From IMG/VR virus record IMGVR_UViG_2898074128_000002: a DNA stretch of 56,389 bases; one strand, written 5' to 3'. Shown here one piece after another: positions 30,244 to 39,083 of the stretch. A model generated the notes under the pieces. The model was not told the DNA's origin. It made no database searches and saw only the letters and a list, made by a program, of their open reading frames with translations. This DNA is from an uncultured virus (IMG/VR IMGVR_UViG_2898074128_000002). Its lineage: Duplodnaviria > Heunggongvirae > Uroviricota > Caudoviricetes. Numbering within the stretch: position 1 is the stretch's first letter; each line of letters begins with the position of its first letter. Made by a program: the position numbers and the translations under genes.

Positions 30244-31239
30244 CTATCCTTCATTCACGGTTTCGGCTTCCTGTGGAGCGTGAAGCTGTTCGATATCGTC
30301 GCGAATTAAATCATCGACGACAGCCGGCTCTGATTGATAAAGGAAGGTAGACACATCAATGTCCGTCCCTTGGCGGGCATTCTCTCCGTATCGTTCCACA
30401 GCTGTCTCTACTCCGGCAATCTGTGTCGGATCATTATCCACCCGAACATTATCCACCGTGTGATCCAGGTAATTATAGTTCGTTGCGGAAAACTCCCCGT
30501 CAGCGGCTTCGTTTTGATCTTCGTCTTCCTCGTATGTCTGCTCCCCCTCATGTGGGAGTACATTTGCAGGAACTTCTTCTTCTGGAAGGTACGAAGCAAT
30601 ATCCCGTTCAGATGTCTCACTGTACTCACTCAGGGCCTGCTCGGCGCGGTATCTCGACATCACATCGTTCACGCTCAATGATAAATCATCAGAGTACTGA
30701 ACAGATTCCGTATCTTTATCCGCGAGCCACGCCTCGTACGAATCGTACCCTTCGGATTGCCATACCGGCTCATCCGGATCGTCCGCTTCTTTTGATTCAG
30801 GTTCAGGTTCAGCTATAGTCGTGACACGTTCATCGAATGGCGGCTGTTCATCCGTTACAGTTTCTTCTTCGTCTTCCGTCACTTCAGGTATAAAGGATAC
30901 TTCCGGCTCCTCCTCGATCGTAAGCAGCTCCGTTTCCGGGTCGTGTATGACGTAACGATTAAACAGCTTGGAGGAAGGGCTGTCAGCAAGACTTGCAAAC
31001 AAGTCATTCAAGGCGTCAACTAATTCATTATGGTGATCTACTTTCTTTTTAAACAGTGAAAGTGAAATTCGCTCATTCTCAGCCATCCTATTCAAATTAT
31101 AATTTTCCCGGGATAAATGGTTTTCCAGTCGTCGCGCAGCATTCAGCATGGCAAAATGTTTGGACATACGGCATGTCATCCTTTCTCTTTTCAATTGGTG
31201 TGAAACAACGGCGGAGGTTTTCTCTAAAACGCTCACCAC
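30244..31239 (-). CDS. Acidic hypothetical protein (start uncertain, possibly 31167)
   Basis: Long ORF; C-terminal DNDPTQIA...GTDIDV..FLY.S motif. Confidence 0.65.
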   Translation of the reverse strand: MVSVLEKTSAVVSHQLKRERMTCRMSKHFAMLNAARRLENHLSRENYNLNRMAENERISLSLFKKKVDHHNELVDALNDLFASLADSPSSKLFNRYVIHDPETELLTIEEEPEVSFIPEVTEDEEETVTDEQPPFDERVTTIAEPEPESKEADDPDEPVWQSEGYDSYEAWLADKDTESVQYSDDLSLSVNDVMSRYRAEQALSEYSETSERDIASYLPEEEVPANVLPHEGEQTYEEDEDQNEAADGEFSATNYNYLDHTVDNVRVDNDPTQIAGVETAVERYGENARQGTDIDVSTFLYQSEPAVVDDLIRDDIEQLHAPQEAETVNEG

Positions 31240-31329
31240 TCAACGATATTCCGCTTTTATTATACCATAATTTTACATTAATGGTATTTTATTTTAATTA
31301 TTTTTAACGATAAATGCAGAACGTGGTGT

Positions 31330-33543
31330 TTACTCCAGTTCTTCTTCCTCATCCATCTGCTGGACGGTTTCAATATGTTCGAGCGTCGTTCTGACCTGCT
31401 TTGTCACATCGACCGAACGATCGAGAGGTATGGTATAAAGCTGACGACGATCCCCTTCATCCAGATATGTCAGATCATCAATGGTGACAGTATGAATTAG
31501 TCCTTCTTCTACTGCTTTCTCTACGACAGATTCCATCGAGTCAATATCCGCTTCCGAACGGTCCAGCGTCGGAAATTCCTGACCGGTGGCTTTGACATAC
31601 ATTCGGGCAGCGTCGGCCCGTTGCTTGCGCCCCTGCCACGCATCGGCAAACCGGCGGGCATTGGCTGCATCGATTCTCGCATCAGGGTGATTGTAATAAT
31701 CAAGGCCCAAATGATGGACATCCAGTGCCTTAACCTGAATGAAATGTACATCGTTTAAGTTTTCCTCCCGGGTTTTCGGACGTACCGGCAGGACAAATCG
31801 GGTGTCGATAGTTCCTGCCTCCGTATTGTAATCCGTGATGGCATCCCATTCTTTCAGGGAAGCGACCCCTTTATCGAAACACTCAAAGGTGTATGCGCGG
31901 AGATCCTGCATGTATGCCTTCCTGTCCTCATAAAGCGTGAGCCCCGTCTCGGCTTCATCGCTTTGAATCGTCTGGAATCGAGTCACCAGGTCTTGGTACA
32001 GGGGGTGCATGGCGTTTACACTTTCACGATCTTTCGGATAGTGGAAAGCTAAAAACTTACGATACTTGTCGGTGAGCCCCATGTGGTACCGCTGTTCTTC
32101 TTCATAGTAGAGACGCATCACATGAGCGGTATCATCTACCAATCCTTGCTCTTTTGCTGCATCGTATTCCGTAGCCATTTCGTAATGATCCCGGGCGCTT
32201 TTTATATGAACTTCCTGGCGCTTACTGTACCCGCGCACACGCAGGGTGAACGCAGCAGGATCAAAACCACCTTTCTCAGATGATTTTGCCTTTAGTGCAT
32301 TCGCCAGCTCCTCATCGGAGCTCGACTGGATGTCAGTCATGGTTGTCCGCACACGGAGTGACGCCGGGTCGAACCTTTTGAGTGAGGTATACAGCCCGTT
32401 CACACTCCGCTCCACAATGCGTTCTCGTCCTTCGGATACTAATACCTGGCGTTCTTCTCTGGTGAGCTTATTTTTAGCTGCGGATTCATCGGCATAGGTA
32501 TGTACCGCTTGCATAGCTTCTCTAAACCCGCTTTGTTCCGGTTCTGTTTCAAATACACGCTCCACGATCCCTTTGGCAATCATGTTCGGATGCTTCATGG
32601 ACGTACGATTTGTCCCATACCGCCAATATCGGCGCTCTTTCGGTAGAGCAGCAACGAGCAGCTGCATGGGGGTGTTTTCACTCAATGTGCTGTACGCATA
32701 ATCTTTAACGAAGGCCACGACATTCTGTCTTTCCAAAGATGTCTGCCTATGGAATGATTTCAATGATTTCATATCCTCCAGGCTAAAATGAACCCCTTTA
32801 CGAAACATCGTCTTCTCACGCTCATTGATTTTACCTCTGTCCGCTCCGTCATCCCTCATACGGGAGGCCGAGAATTCTTTATCGACAAGGGCAAGATGTG
32901 CATGAACATGGCTCGTATCGAGCTGAATGGTTCCGACCCATTCGGGATCAGAAAAACGACCCGTTTTCGTCATGCGATTCACCCCGTCCGTGATTGCCTG
33001 GCGCAGCTTTAATTGATCGATGTGACCTTTATACGATCCACGACCTTTATGTTTAAATGCCGGGTCTAATACACCTGTTTCTCGCAGGTAATCTTCGGTG
33101 AAGCTAACAACGATTTTCTGTACGGAATGTCCGGCATCAAATGCCTGCTGAATCTCCTTGGACGCGTCTTCCAGCTGTTGGTGTGACAAACTGATTCCAC
33201 GGGTCCCGAAGGCACGGCCAGACTGTTTATCCAGTTTCCTAAACTTATGTTTAAGTACCAGCGGGGACCCGTACGCATCCGCCTCCTGCAGATCCTCATC
33301 CTGTTTGGACTTTAATTGCTCTGTGGCTTCGCTCCTCGCCATATAACGCATAAATCCCGCACTGTCATATCCGCTTGAACCTACGTCCAGTTTTACCGGA
33401 GCCAATACTTCCGTAGCGTCTTCTCTCGCCATGTAACGCATAACATACTGACCCGGTGACGCCCCGCGAGATCCCCTGCCTGGAGCACTCCGGGCATTGT
33501 TGGTATATTCGCTCTTGACTACGATGTCCTGCTTTAACCCCAT
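31330..33543 (-). CDS. HUH relaxase (MobL-like)
   Basis: N-terminal YVMRYMAR/RYMARSEA tyrosines, IVVSF, and WVGTIQLDTSHVHAHLALVD histidine triad; located in the transfer region. Confidence 0.8.
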   Translation of the reverse strand: MGLKQDIVVKSEYTNNARSAPGRGSRGASPGQYVMRYMAREDATEVLAPVKLDVGSSGYDSAGFMRYMARSEATEQLKSKQDEDLQEADAYGSPLVLKHKFRKLDKQSGRAFGTRGISLSHQQLEDASKEIQQAFDAGHSVQKIVVSFTEDYLRETGVLDPAFKHKGRGSYKGHIDQLKLRQAITDGVNRMTKTGRFSDPEWVGTIQLDTSHVHAHLALVDKEFSASRMRDDGADRGKINEREKTMFRKGVHFSLEDMKSLKSFHRQTSLERQNVVAFVKDYAYSTLSENTPMQLLVAALPKERRYWRYGTNRTSMKHPNMIAKGIVERVFETEPEQSGFREAMQAVHTYADESAAKNKLTREERQVLVSEGRERIVERSVNGLYTSLKRFDPASLRVRTTMTDIQSSSDEELANALKAKSSEKGGFDPAAFTLRVRGYSKRQEVHIKSARDHYEMATEYDAAKEQGLVDDTAHVMRLYYEEEQRYHMGLTDKYRKFLAFHYPKDRESVNAMHPLYQDLVTRFQTIQSDEAETGLTLYEDRKAYMQDLRAYTFECFDKGVASLKEWDAITDYNTEAGTIDTRFVLPVRPKTREENLNDVHFIQVKALDVHHLGLDYYNHPDARIDAANARRFADAWQGRKQRADAARMYVKATGQEFPTLDRSEADIDSMESVVEKAVEEGLIHTVTIDDLTYLDEGDRRQLYTIPLDRSVDVTKQVRTTLEHIETVQQMDEEEELE

Positions 33544-33605
33544 ACCGCTCACTCCTTTTTACAGAAAAGCGATAAGGGGCTAAACCCTTATCGCTCACGC
33601 ATGCC

Positions 33606-34670
33606 TTATAGTTCTGGACCGTCATCCTCTGATTCATGGGTGAAGTCACCCAAATCCTTATCGAAAATATCTGCATCCAATACCTTCGATGCCTCTTTTG
33701 TTTTAGCAGAAGATTTTTGTTTTCCCTTCATATGGAGAGGATCGTTTCCGGATGCCTTATCCAATTCAGGTTCAGGTTCAGGTTCAGGGTCACCATCATA
33801 CTCTGAATCGTAGTGATCGCGTTCTTTTAAATCACGAATGCGATCATCTTCGTTCGTGTAATCAAACGTAAGACTTCCTTTTAGCTCGTCGGTCACATCG
33901 ATCTCTTCATCCAAAAGCTCAGAAGAAGCAGTAAACGACTCATCGACCGCCTTCTTTTGTTCTTCCTCTTCTTTTTGGGCAATCACATCACGGAACGTTT
34001 CCGTCAGAAACACTTCCCGATCCTGTTCCGGTTCCGGTGTGTGTACCAGCTCCTCTGTTCTTACACCTTCTTTTTGCAGTTCAATCGCAAGACGGGCCGA
34101 ACGTCTTACCAGATTCGCTATGTTTGTCTGCTCCGACGGATCATGTCCTTCATGAACAACTGTAACTGGGTCCGCCAGGAGTACTGGTATATTTTGTTGG
34201 GAATGAGCATCCGCCACATTCAGGTATGTCAGGTTCATGTCCGCTTCGGCATCGAAAACCTCGCCGGACATGAGTTTATTCATCAGCTCCTCGAACCGCT
34301 CCTCCCTGTACAGACCAGCATCAATAAGCAACTTGACCGTCTCATCTTCTAATGGCTGCACATACGAAAGTGGGAGCTCTTGATCGTCATGCGTGAAATC
34401 AAGAGTGGATATCCCCTCGGCAAATTCACCCCACGCCATTTCCACATCGGCTTCTACGCTGATTTGCGGGCGTTTTAAACCGGACAGATTGCTTGAAAAC
34501 AGAAAGCCGATCTTGTTTACACGGCACTGCGTCACAGCCGGGACCTCGTAAGATTGAAATGATTTGGGTGGGTTTGAAGCATCGAGCTTTCCTTTGTTGA
34601 ACTGTGCATCCAACAATCGGAACAGTCGTCGCCCTTCAGTACTCGCCCGGTTATACGGGTAGGTCTTCAT
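33606..34670 (-). CDS. Acidic hypothetical protein ending EDDGPEL
   Basis: 354-aa ORF upstream of the relaxase. Confidence 0.75.
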   Translation of the reverse strand: MKTYPYNRASTEGRRLFRLLDAQFNKGKLDASNPPKSFQSYEVPAVTQCRVNKIGFLFSSNLSGLKRPQISVEADVEMAWGEFAEGISTLDFTHDDQELPLSYVQPLEDETVKLLIDAGLYREERFEELMNKLMSGEVFDAEADMNLTYLNVADAHSQQNIPVLLADPVTVVHEGHDPSEQTNIANLVRRSARLAIELQKEGVRTEELVHTPEPEQDREVFLTETFRDVIAQKEEEEQKKAVDESFTASSELLDEEIDVTDELKGSLTFDYTNEDDRIRDLKERDHYDSEYDGDPEPEPEPELDKASGNDPLHMKGKQKSSAKTKEASKVLDADIFDKDLGDFTHESEDDGPEL

Positions 34671-34840
34671 AGCGCTATCATCCCTTCTCGGTTTCTATAA
34701 TTCTCTGATTCTCTCAAAATGGAAAATTCTTCCTTTATTATAGCACGCCTGTTTCAAAGAGTACAAGTGAAATTGAGATAAAACAACTGTACTGGTAGCC
34801 ATTTAAAAGAATTTTGTTACACGGTACACGTTCACAGGCA

Positions 34841-34880
34841 CAAAAAAAGATGCTGAAACATCAGCATCTTTTCGTATAGG
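34841..34880 (-). terminator. Terminator; copy 1 of a 40-bp direct repeat (partner 36029-36068)
   Basis: AAAAGATGCTGA-AACA-TCAGCATCTTTT; 36/40 identical to its partner. Confidence 0.75.
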
Positions 34881-34903
34881 GGGGATTGCTAGATACACTT
34901 TGA

Positions 34904-35473
34904 TTATGGACGTTCATAATATAAGGTTCCACTTCTAAAATCGGCGGCACCACTACCCATATTTACTAGTTGAACGGAGCGCATACAATTACAACCGGAC
35001 TGCAAAGGAATACTTAACCCCCCATACCATCCGCCAGGAACATATATGCTATGCGTTGTCCTACCACCAACACCGACTCTGAGATTTACCCTTATATCAT
35101 TAGCTGCCTGTAAATCCGTATTTAATACCAAGGTCCTCGGATTGTAAAAATAATCTCCGCTTTTAAGGTACATATTGTTAGTAAACCACATTCTTGTAAA
35201 AGGATAAGTACGTAAACTCGATGCGATAACACTATCATTTAAACTGTCAGTGGCGTAACTAATATCTGAATAATCCCTCTTTTGAAAAGCTATTAATTCT
35301 TCATCTGTATAAGGGTAATAACGCTCCCCATTTTCATCATAAAATTCGATCATGGTTGCTGCCTCTTCAATAGATATTGTTCCATTCTCTTCCGCATTAG
35401 CCATTCCTGGTGTAAATAAGAAACCTAACCCTAAAAGCATAACAAAACCAGTTACCCAAAATTTGATTTTCAT
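34904..35473 (-). CDS. Secreted hypothetical protein (AT-rich cargo)
   Basis: Signal peptide ending ...PGMANA. Confidence 0.7.
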   Translation of the reverse strand: MKIKFWVTGFVMLLGLGFLFTPGMANAEENGTISIEEAATMIEFYDENGERYYPYTDEELIAFQKRDYSDISYATDSLNDSVIASSLRTYPFTRMWFTNNMYLKSGDYFYNPRTLVLNTDLQAANDIRVNLRVGVGGRTTHSIYVPGGWYGGLSIPLQSGCNCMRSVQLVNMGSGAADFRSGTLYYERP

Positions 35474-35634
35474 ACTAACTACCTCTCCTTTTCCTTATTA
35501 TTCTATATTTGTTATTCTATTACATCCTAATATAAATTGTTATCTAGTTCAACTATTTTTAAAATTTTCTAACTTTTTGGTTTCTTGAAATATTTTCTAA
35601 TTGTGTGGTATGCTTTATTCAAGGGGTGATTTCC

Positions 35635-35937
35635 ATGAAAAAATTGCTGTTCTCACTATTTGCTTTTCTCTTACTCTCTTCGGCTTTGGTTTTCTCTATC
35701 TCCTTTGCAAATCAACAAGATGAAAATGACCCATTACTTGAAATTTTAGAGACCACTAGGGAACAATATGATGTTGAAGCTCATATGGTTCAAACAGAGG
35801 ACGCAACACTGTATTTTGTAATTGGGGAAGAAGAAGATAGAACTGATGTTAGAAATTTTGTAGAATTAAACCTTAAATCAAATGATTTAGAGGAATATTC
35901 CATAATTATTGAGAAAGAAAGCGACTACGAATTTTAA
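35635..35937 (+). CDS. Small secreted/membrane-anchored acidic protein (AT-rich cargo)
   Basis: MKKLLFSLFAFLLLSSALVFSISFA signal; own terminator near 35950-35980. Confidence 0.7.
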   Translation: MKKLLFSLFAFLLLSSALVFSISFANQQDENDPLLEILETTREQYDVEAHMVQTEDATLYFVIGEEEDRTDVRNFVELNLKSNDLEEYSIIIEKESDYEF

Positions 35938-36028
35938 ATCGTTTTAATTACCCCTAATGCTTTAAAGTATTAGGGGTTTTACTTTGATCTAATTATCTTT
36001 AAAGACGGTACACAGTCACATATACAAT

Positions 36029-36068
36029 CAAAAAAAGGTGCTGAATCATCAGCACCTTTTCGTATGGG
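36029..36068 (-). terminator. Terminator; copy 2 of the direct repeat
   Basis: AAAAGGTGCTGA-ATCA-TCAGCACCTTTT. Confidence 0.75.
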
Positions 36069-36081
36069 TAATCACTTTCTA

Positions 36082-36546
36082 TCAGGCTTCAAGAGCCGCT
36101 TCAGGTTGAGCTTGCTGTTCCTGGCGAGCTGCTTTCTTCGCATCACGGACTGCAACCGTGTTTTCACGGTGTTTGGTCATATCGAACGCATTCTCCGGCG
36201 TTTTAAGGGAATTCGTATTCACGATCAACCCTTTGCCTCGGGTGTTTGGGAACAAGTCCGCTTCCACCACCATCGCATCGCCGTCCTTGTTTGCGGCCTG
36301 TTCGATAGCCTCCCACTGCTTCGCTGAATAGCTCGCCGTATAGGTGTCCTTTTCTTTTCCTTCTTTATCTGTATACTTATCGTACACAAGCATTGGGTTC
36401 GTGATAACATCCTCCGGTTCGCGTGTGTCATTCGAAATACTGAATGCCACGTTTTTTCCTGTCATCCCTGGACCCTTTTGATCGAAAACTCCGCTCACAT
36501 GTACGCGCTGTCCTTTAAAGCTTTGCCCTTTTTTGAATGTAGCCAT
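36082..36546 (-). CDS. Hypothetical protein, beta-rich (possible OB-like fold)
   Basis: 154-aa ORF with AAGGAG RBS and its own promoter and terminator. Confidence 0.65.
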   Translation of the reverse strand: MATFKKGQSFKGQRVHVSGVFDQKGPGMTGKNVAFSISNDTREPEDVITNPMLVYDKYTDKEGKEKDTYTASYSAKQWEAIEQAANKDGDAMVVEADLFPNTRGKGLIVNTNSLKTPENAFDMTKHRENTVAVRDAKKAARQEQQAQPEAALEA

Positions 36547-36869
36547 TTCGCATCCATCTCCTTTAAATTACCATTTTTTGTTAATTTATCTTATAAGTCC
36601 ATTATACGTGAAATCCCTTGAGCGACAAGCGGTTTCATGTAACAATGATCGTCTGTTGTTAAACAATCGTGCAAAATAACGACGGACAAACAAGCTAAAA
36701 ATGCGATAACGAATAAGATGGAATTAAGGGAATCGGGCGCAATCACTGGCAAGACAAAAGGTTTATTGTTTGAGGGGATTTCTAAGTGGTGTTAAACTTT
36801 ATGCAAGGAAATTATGCAAAGTAATTCCATAAATGGAAAAAAATTAAGATATAAAAAGGAGAGGTTGTC

Positions 36870-37154
36870 ATGAAAAGTACAGGGATCATACGAAAAGTCG
36901 ATGATTTAGGAAGGATCGTTATTCCAAAAGAGTTGCGTACTGTACTAGATATTAAAATCAAAGACGCGTTAGAAATCTTTGTAGAAGATGAAAAGATCAT
37001 CTTAAAAAAATATAAAGCAAACATGGAATGCAGTGTGACAGGAGAAATTAGCGATGAGAACGAATCATTTCTAAACGGGAATCTCGTATTAAGCCCAAAA
37101 GGAAAGGAATTGCTATTAAAGGAATTAAGTGAAAAGGTAGGACTAGCAGAATAA
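36870..37154 (+). CDS. abrB: AbrB-family transition-state regulator
   Basis: MKSTGIIRKVDDLGRIVIPKELR...DALEIFV..EKIILKKY closely matches Bacillus AbrB. Confidence 0.95.
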   Translation: MKSTGIIRKVDDLGRIVIPKELRTVLDIKIKDALEIFVEDEKIILKKYKANMECSVTGEISDENESFLNGNLVLSPKGKELLLKELSEKVGLAE

Positions 37155-37185
37155 ATGGACGAAAAAAAACACGCCATTGACTACA

Positions 37186-37542
37186 TCAATGAGCGTGTTT
37201 CTCTTTGTTCTTGAATAGCGAAAATAACGGCTTCGGGTTCGTGATAAACCGACCCCAAATGAATTTTATCCAAACAATAAATACATATATAGCAAGCACC
37301 ATCATCGTGACACTGGTAAGAAGCCACACCATAGTATCTATCCCCCCGACCGTGGCATCCGCCGGAATACCCAAATACGCAGCGATAAATACGAACATGA
37401 GTGGAATTCCCTGCATGAACATCGACCCGCTCACCAATAAGAGGAGCGCACCGAACATTCGTGTTAGAAGGTGCTTCTTTGGTTTTGGTAGAGCTGTAGT
37501 TTCAGCGGGTTTAAGGGTTTGTACTTTCTTTGCCGTCATCAT
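37186..37542 (-). CDS. Small integral membrane protein
   Basis: Two to three hydrophobic helices. Confidence 0.7.
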   Translation of the reverse strand: MMTAKKVQTLKPAETTALPKPKKHLLTRMFGALLLLVSGSMFMQGIPLMFVFIAAYLGIPADATVGGIDTMVWLLTSVTMMVLAIYVFIVWIKFIWGRFITNPKPLFSLFKNKEKHAH

Positions 37543-37613
37543 ATATTATCCAACTCCTTTAATAGTTAATAGTCATGTGATTGCATACTTCTATTACGTA
37601 ACACGTAATTGTT

Positions 37614-38291
37614 TTACTCCGAGTTTGAATGAAACCCTGCCCGAGCGGTTACTTCTGTGACCCAGCGCTCACCTTCACTACCCGCTGCTGTAAACTCAAT
37701 AATCGCCTGGCTTCTTTCAAGCGCCTCCGTGTTTACCAGGTCATTATTTGTCTGGTGCATAAAATAGTGGACAAAAGCCACATAACGAATACGATCACCC
37801 TCTGCAGTCATCGGTACGACAAATATGTCACCCATTGATGCTTTAATATTTTTAAAATCAATATAAGAGATTAGATCGTCTTCTGTCTCTACCTTCGTAT
37901 CAGGTGGCAGGTATGTTTCTGTGAACAAATTATCCTCTCCGAGTGATTCTATATACCGTTTTCTGGCCTCATCGTAATCGCTTCCGGATTTCCAGTTAAA
38001 TGCCGGTTCGAAATAGGCTTTGGCTGCTTCGGTATCTATTTGTATCAGGTCGGGATCAAGGCCTGTCGCCTTTTTGATCGTGGATTTTTTCTCCACATCA
38101 AGATCCGCCTGCCGTTCTGCGATATTCATCTCTACGGCATGTAGTTCGTTTGCTAAGGAAGCCTGTTTTTCTTCCAGTTCTTTTTTTTCTGAAATCTGAC
38201 TCCACAGAGAAAATCCAACCAGGACAAACATAACGGCTCCTCCAACCACCGAAATCAAAAGCGAGCGGTTATTTTTCATGTATTCAATCAT
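37614..38291 (-). CDS. Bitopic transfer-region protein (possibly VirB8-like)
   Basis: N-terminal TM, coiled coil and alpha/beta C-domain; operon context. Confidence 0.5.
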   Translation of the reverse strand: MIEYMKNNRSLLISVVGGAVMFVLVGFSLWSQISEKKELEEKQASLANELHAVEMNIAERQADLDVEKKSTIKKATGLDPDLIQIDTEAAKAYFEPAFNWKSGSDYDEARKRYIESLGEDNLFTETYLPPDTKVETEDDLISYIDFKNIKASMGDIFVVPMTAEGDRIRYVAFVHYFMHQTNNDLVNTEALERSQAIIEFTAAGSEGERWVTEVTARAGFHSNSE

Positions 38292-38293
38292 AT

Positions 38294-38929
38294 CTATATT
38301 CCCCCCACATCGGCTTCGTCCCGCAACCCGTCTATTGTGTAATGGCGGTTAATGCTACTCAATCTGTGGTCGCTCACGTTATAAATAGCATGTACTAAAC
38401 CAGCAAGTTTTCCATCCTTTGTTTTCATCTTAAACACGACAGGAAAACGCTCCGTATCCTGGTACGTAATAACCGACTCCAGTTCAAGTGACCATTCCGG
38501 ATTCAATTGCCATGTCTTGATGTGGTCAGCCTCCCCGGCACCGGTAAGCTCCGTATTTTTCGCTTGAGCTTCCTCCAGCTCTGCAAAAAGCGCATCCCTT
38601 TCGTCTTCGTCTTCAGGAAGTGATTCATGCGTCTTATAAAAGGCGGTTAATACATCATCGACTTTGACCATCTCTTTACCGATCTGTGTGGCAGAAACGG
38701 TGCGTTGTTCCATTTCCTCCATGAATTCATCTGCATCGAATTCTTTTTCGAGATCCGAGCTGATCTTTTCCGAATCCGCAATCAGCTCCTTCGTTCTCTC
38801 AATAGCCGCTTCTAATTCCGCAATATCTTCCTTATGACCTGGTATGAACGATAACATGATGACCACCGCTATTCCCAGGATAACGGCAATCCAATACGTC
38901 TTTAATATATGCAGACATTTTAAAAGCAT
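38294..38929 (-). CDS. Bitopic coiled-coil transfer-region protein
   Basis: TM YWIAVILGIAVVIMLSFI; AGGAGG RBS. Confidence 0.65.
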   Translation of the reverse strand: MLLKCLHILKTYWIAVILGIAVVIMLSFIPGHKEDIAELEAAIERTKELIADSEKISSDLEKEFDADEFMEEMEQRTVSATQIGKEMVKVDDVLTAFYKTHESLPEDEDERDALFAELEEAQAKNTELTGAGEADHIKTWQLNPEWSLELESVITYQDTERFPVVFKMKTKDGKLAGLVHAIYNVSDHRLSSINRHYTIDGLRDEADVGGI

Positions 38930-39046
38930 CAATTGGCCTCCTGTCCATTTATTGTTATTAATTACAAAAATGCCTATATTTTCCAGTGGTGAGCAAAAAA
39001 AAAAGAAGGTGTCACCAGAAGCGACACCTTTCTCTTCCGCTATGTC

Positions 39047-39075
39047 CATTATACTGTACGCTCAGCGTTTTGACA
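39047..39075 (-). promoter_or_regulatory. sigmaA-like promoter TTGTCA-N17-TATAAT with the operator (39048-39071) spanning the spacer
   Basis: Minus strand reads TTGTCAAAACGCTGAGCGTACAGTATAAT. Confidence 0.7.
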
Positions 39076-39083
39076 AGTTTTTA

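Noticed and set aside
33765..33790. TTCAGG tandem repeat
   Set aside because: Simply encodes a PEPEPEPE linker
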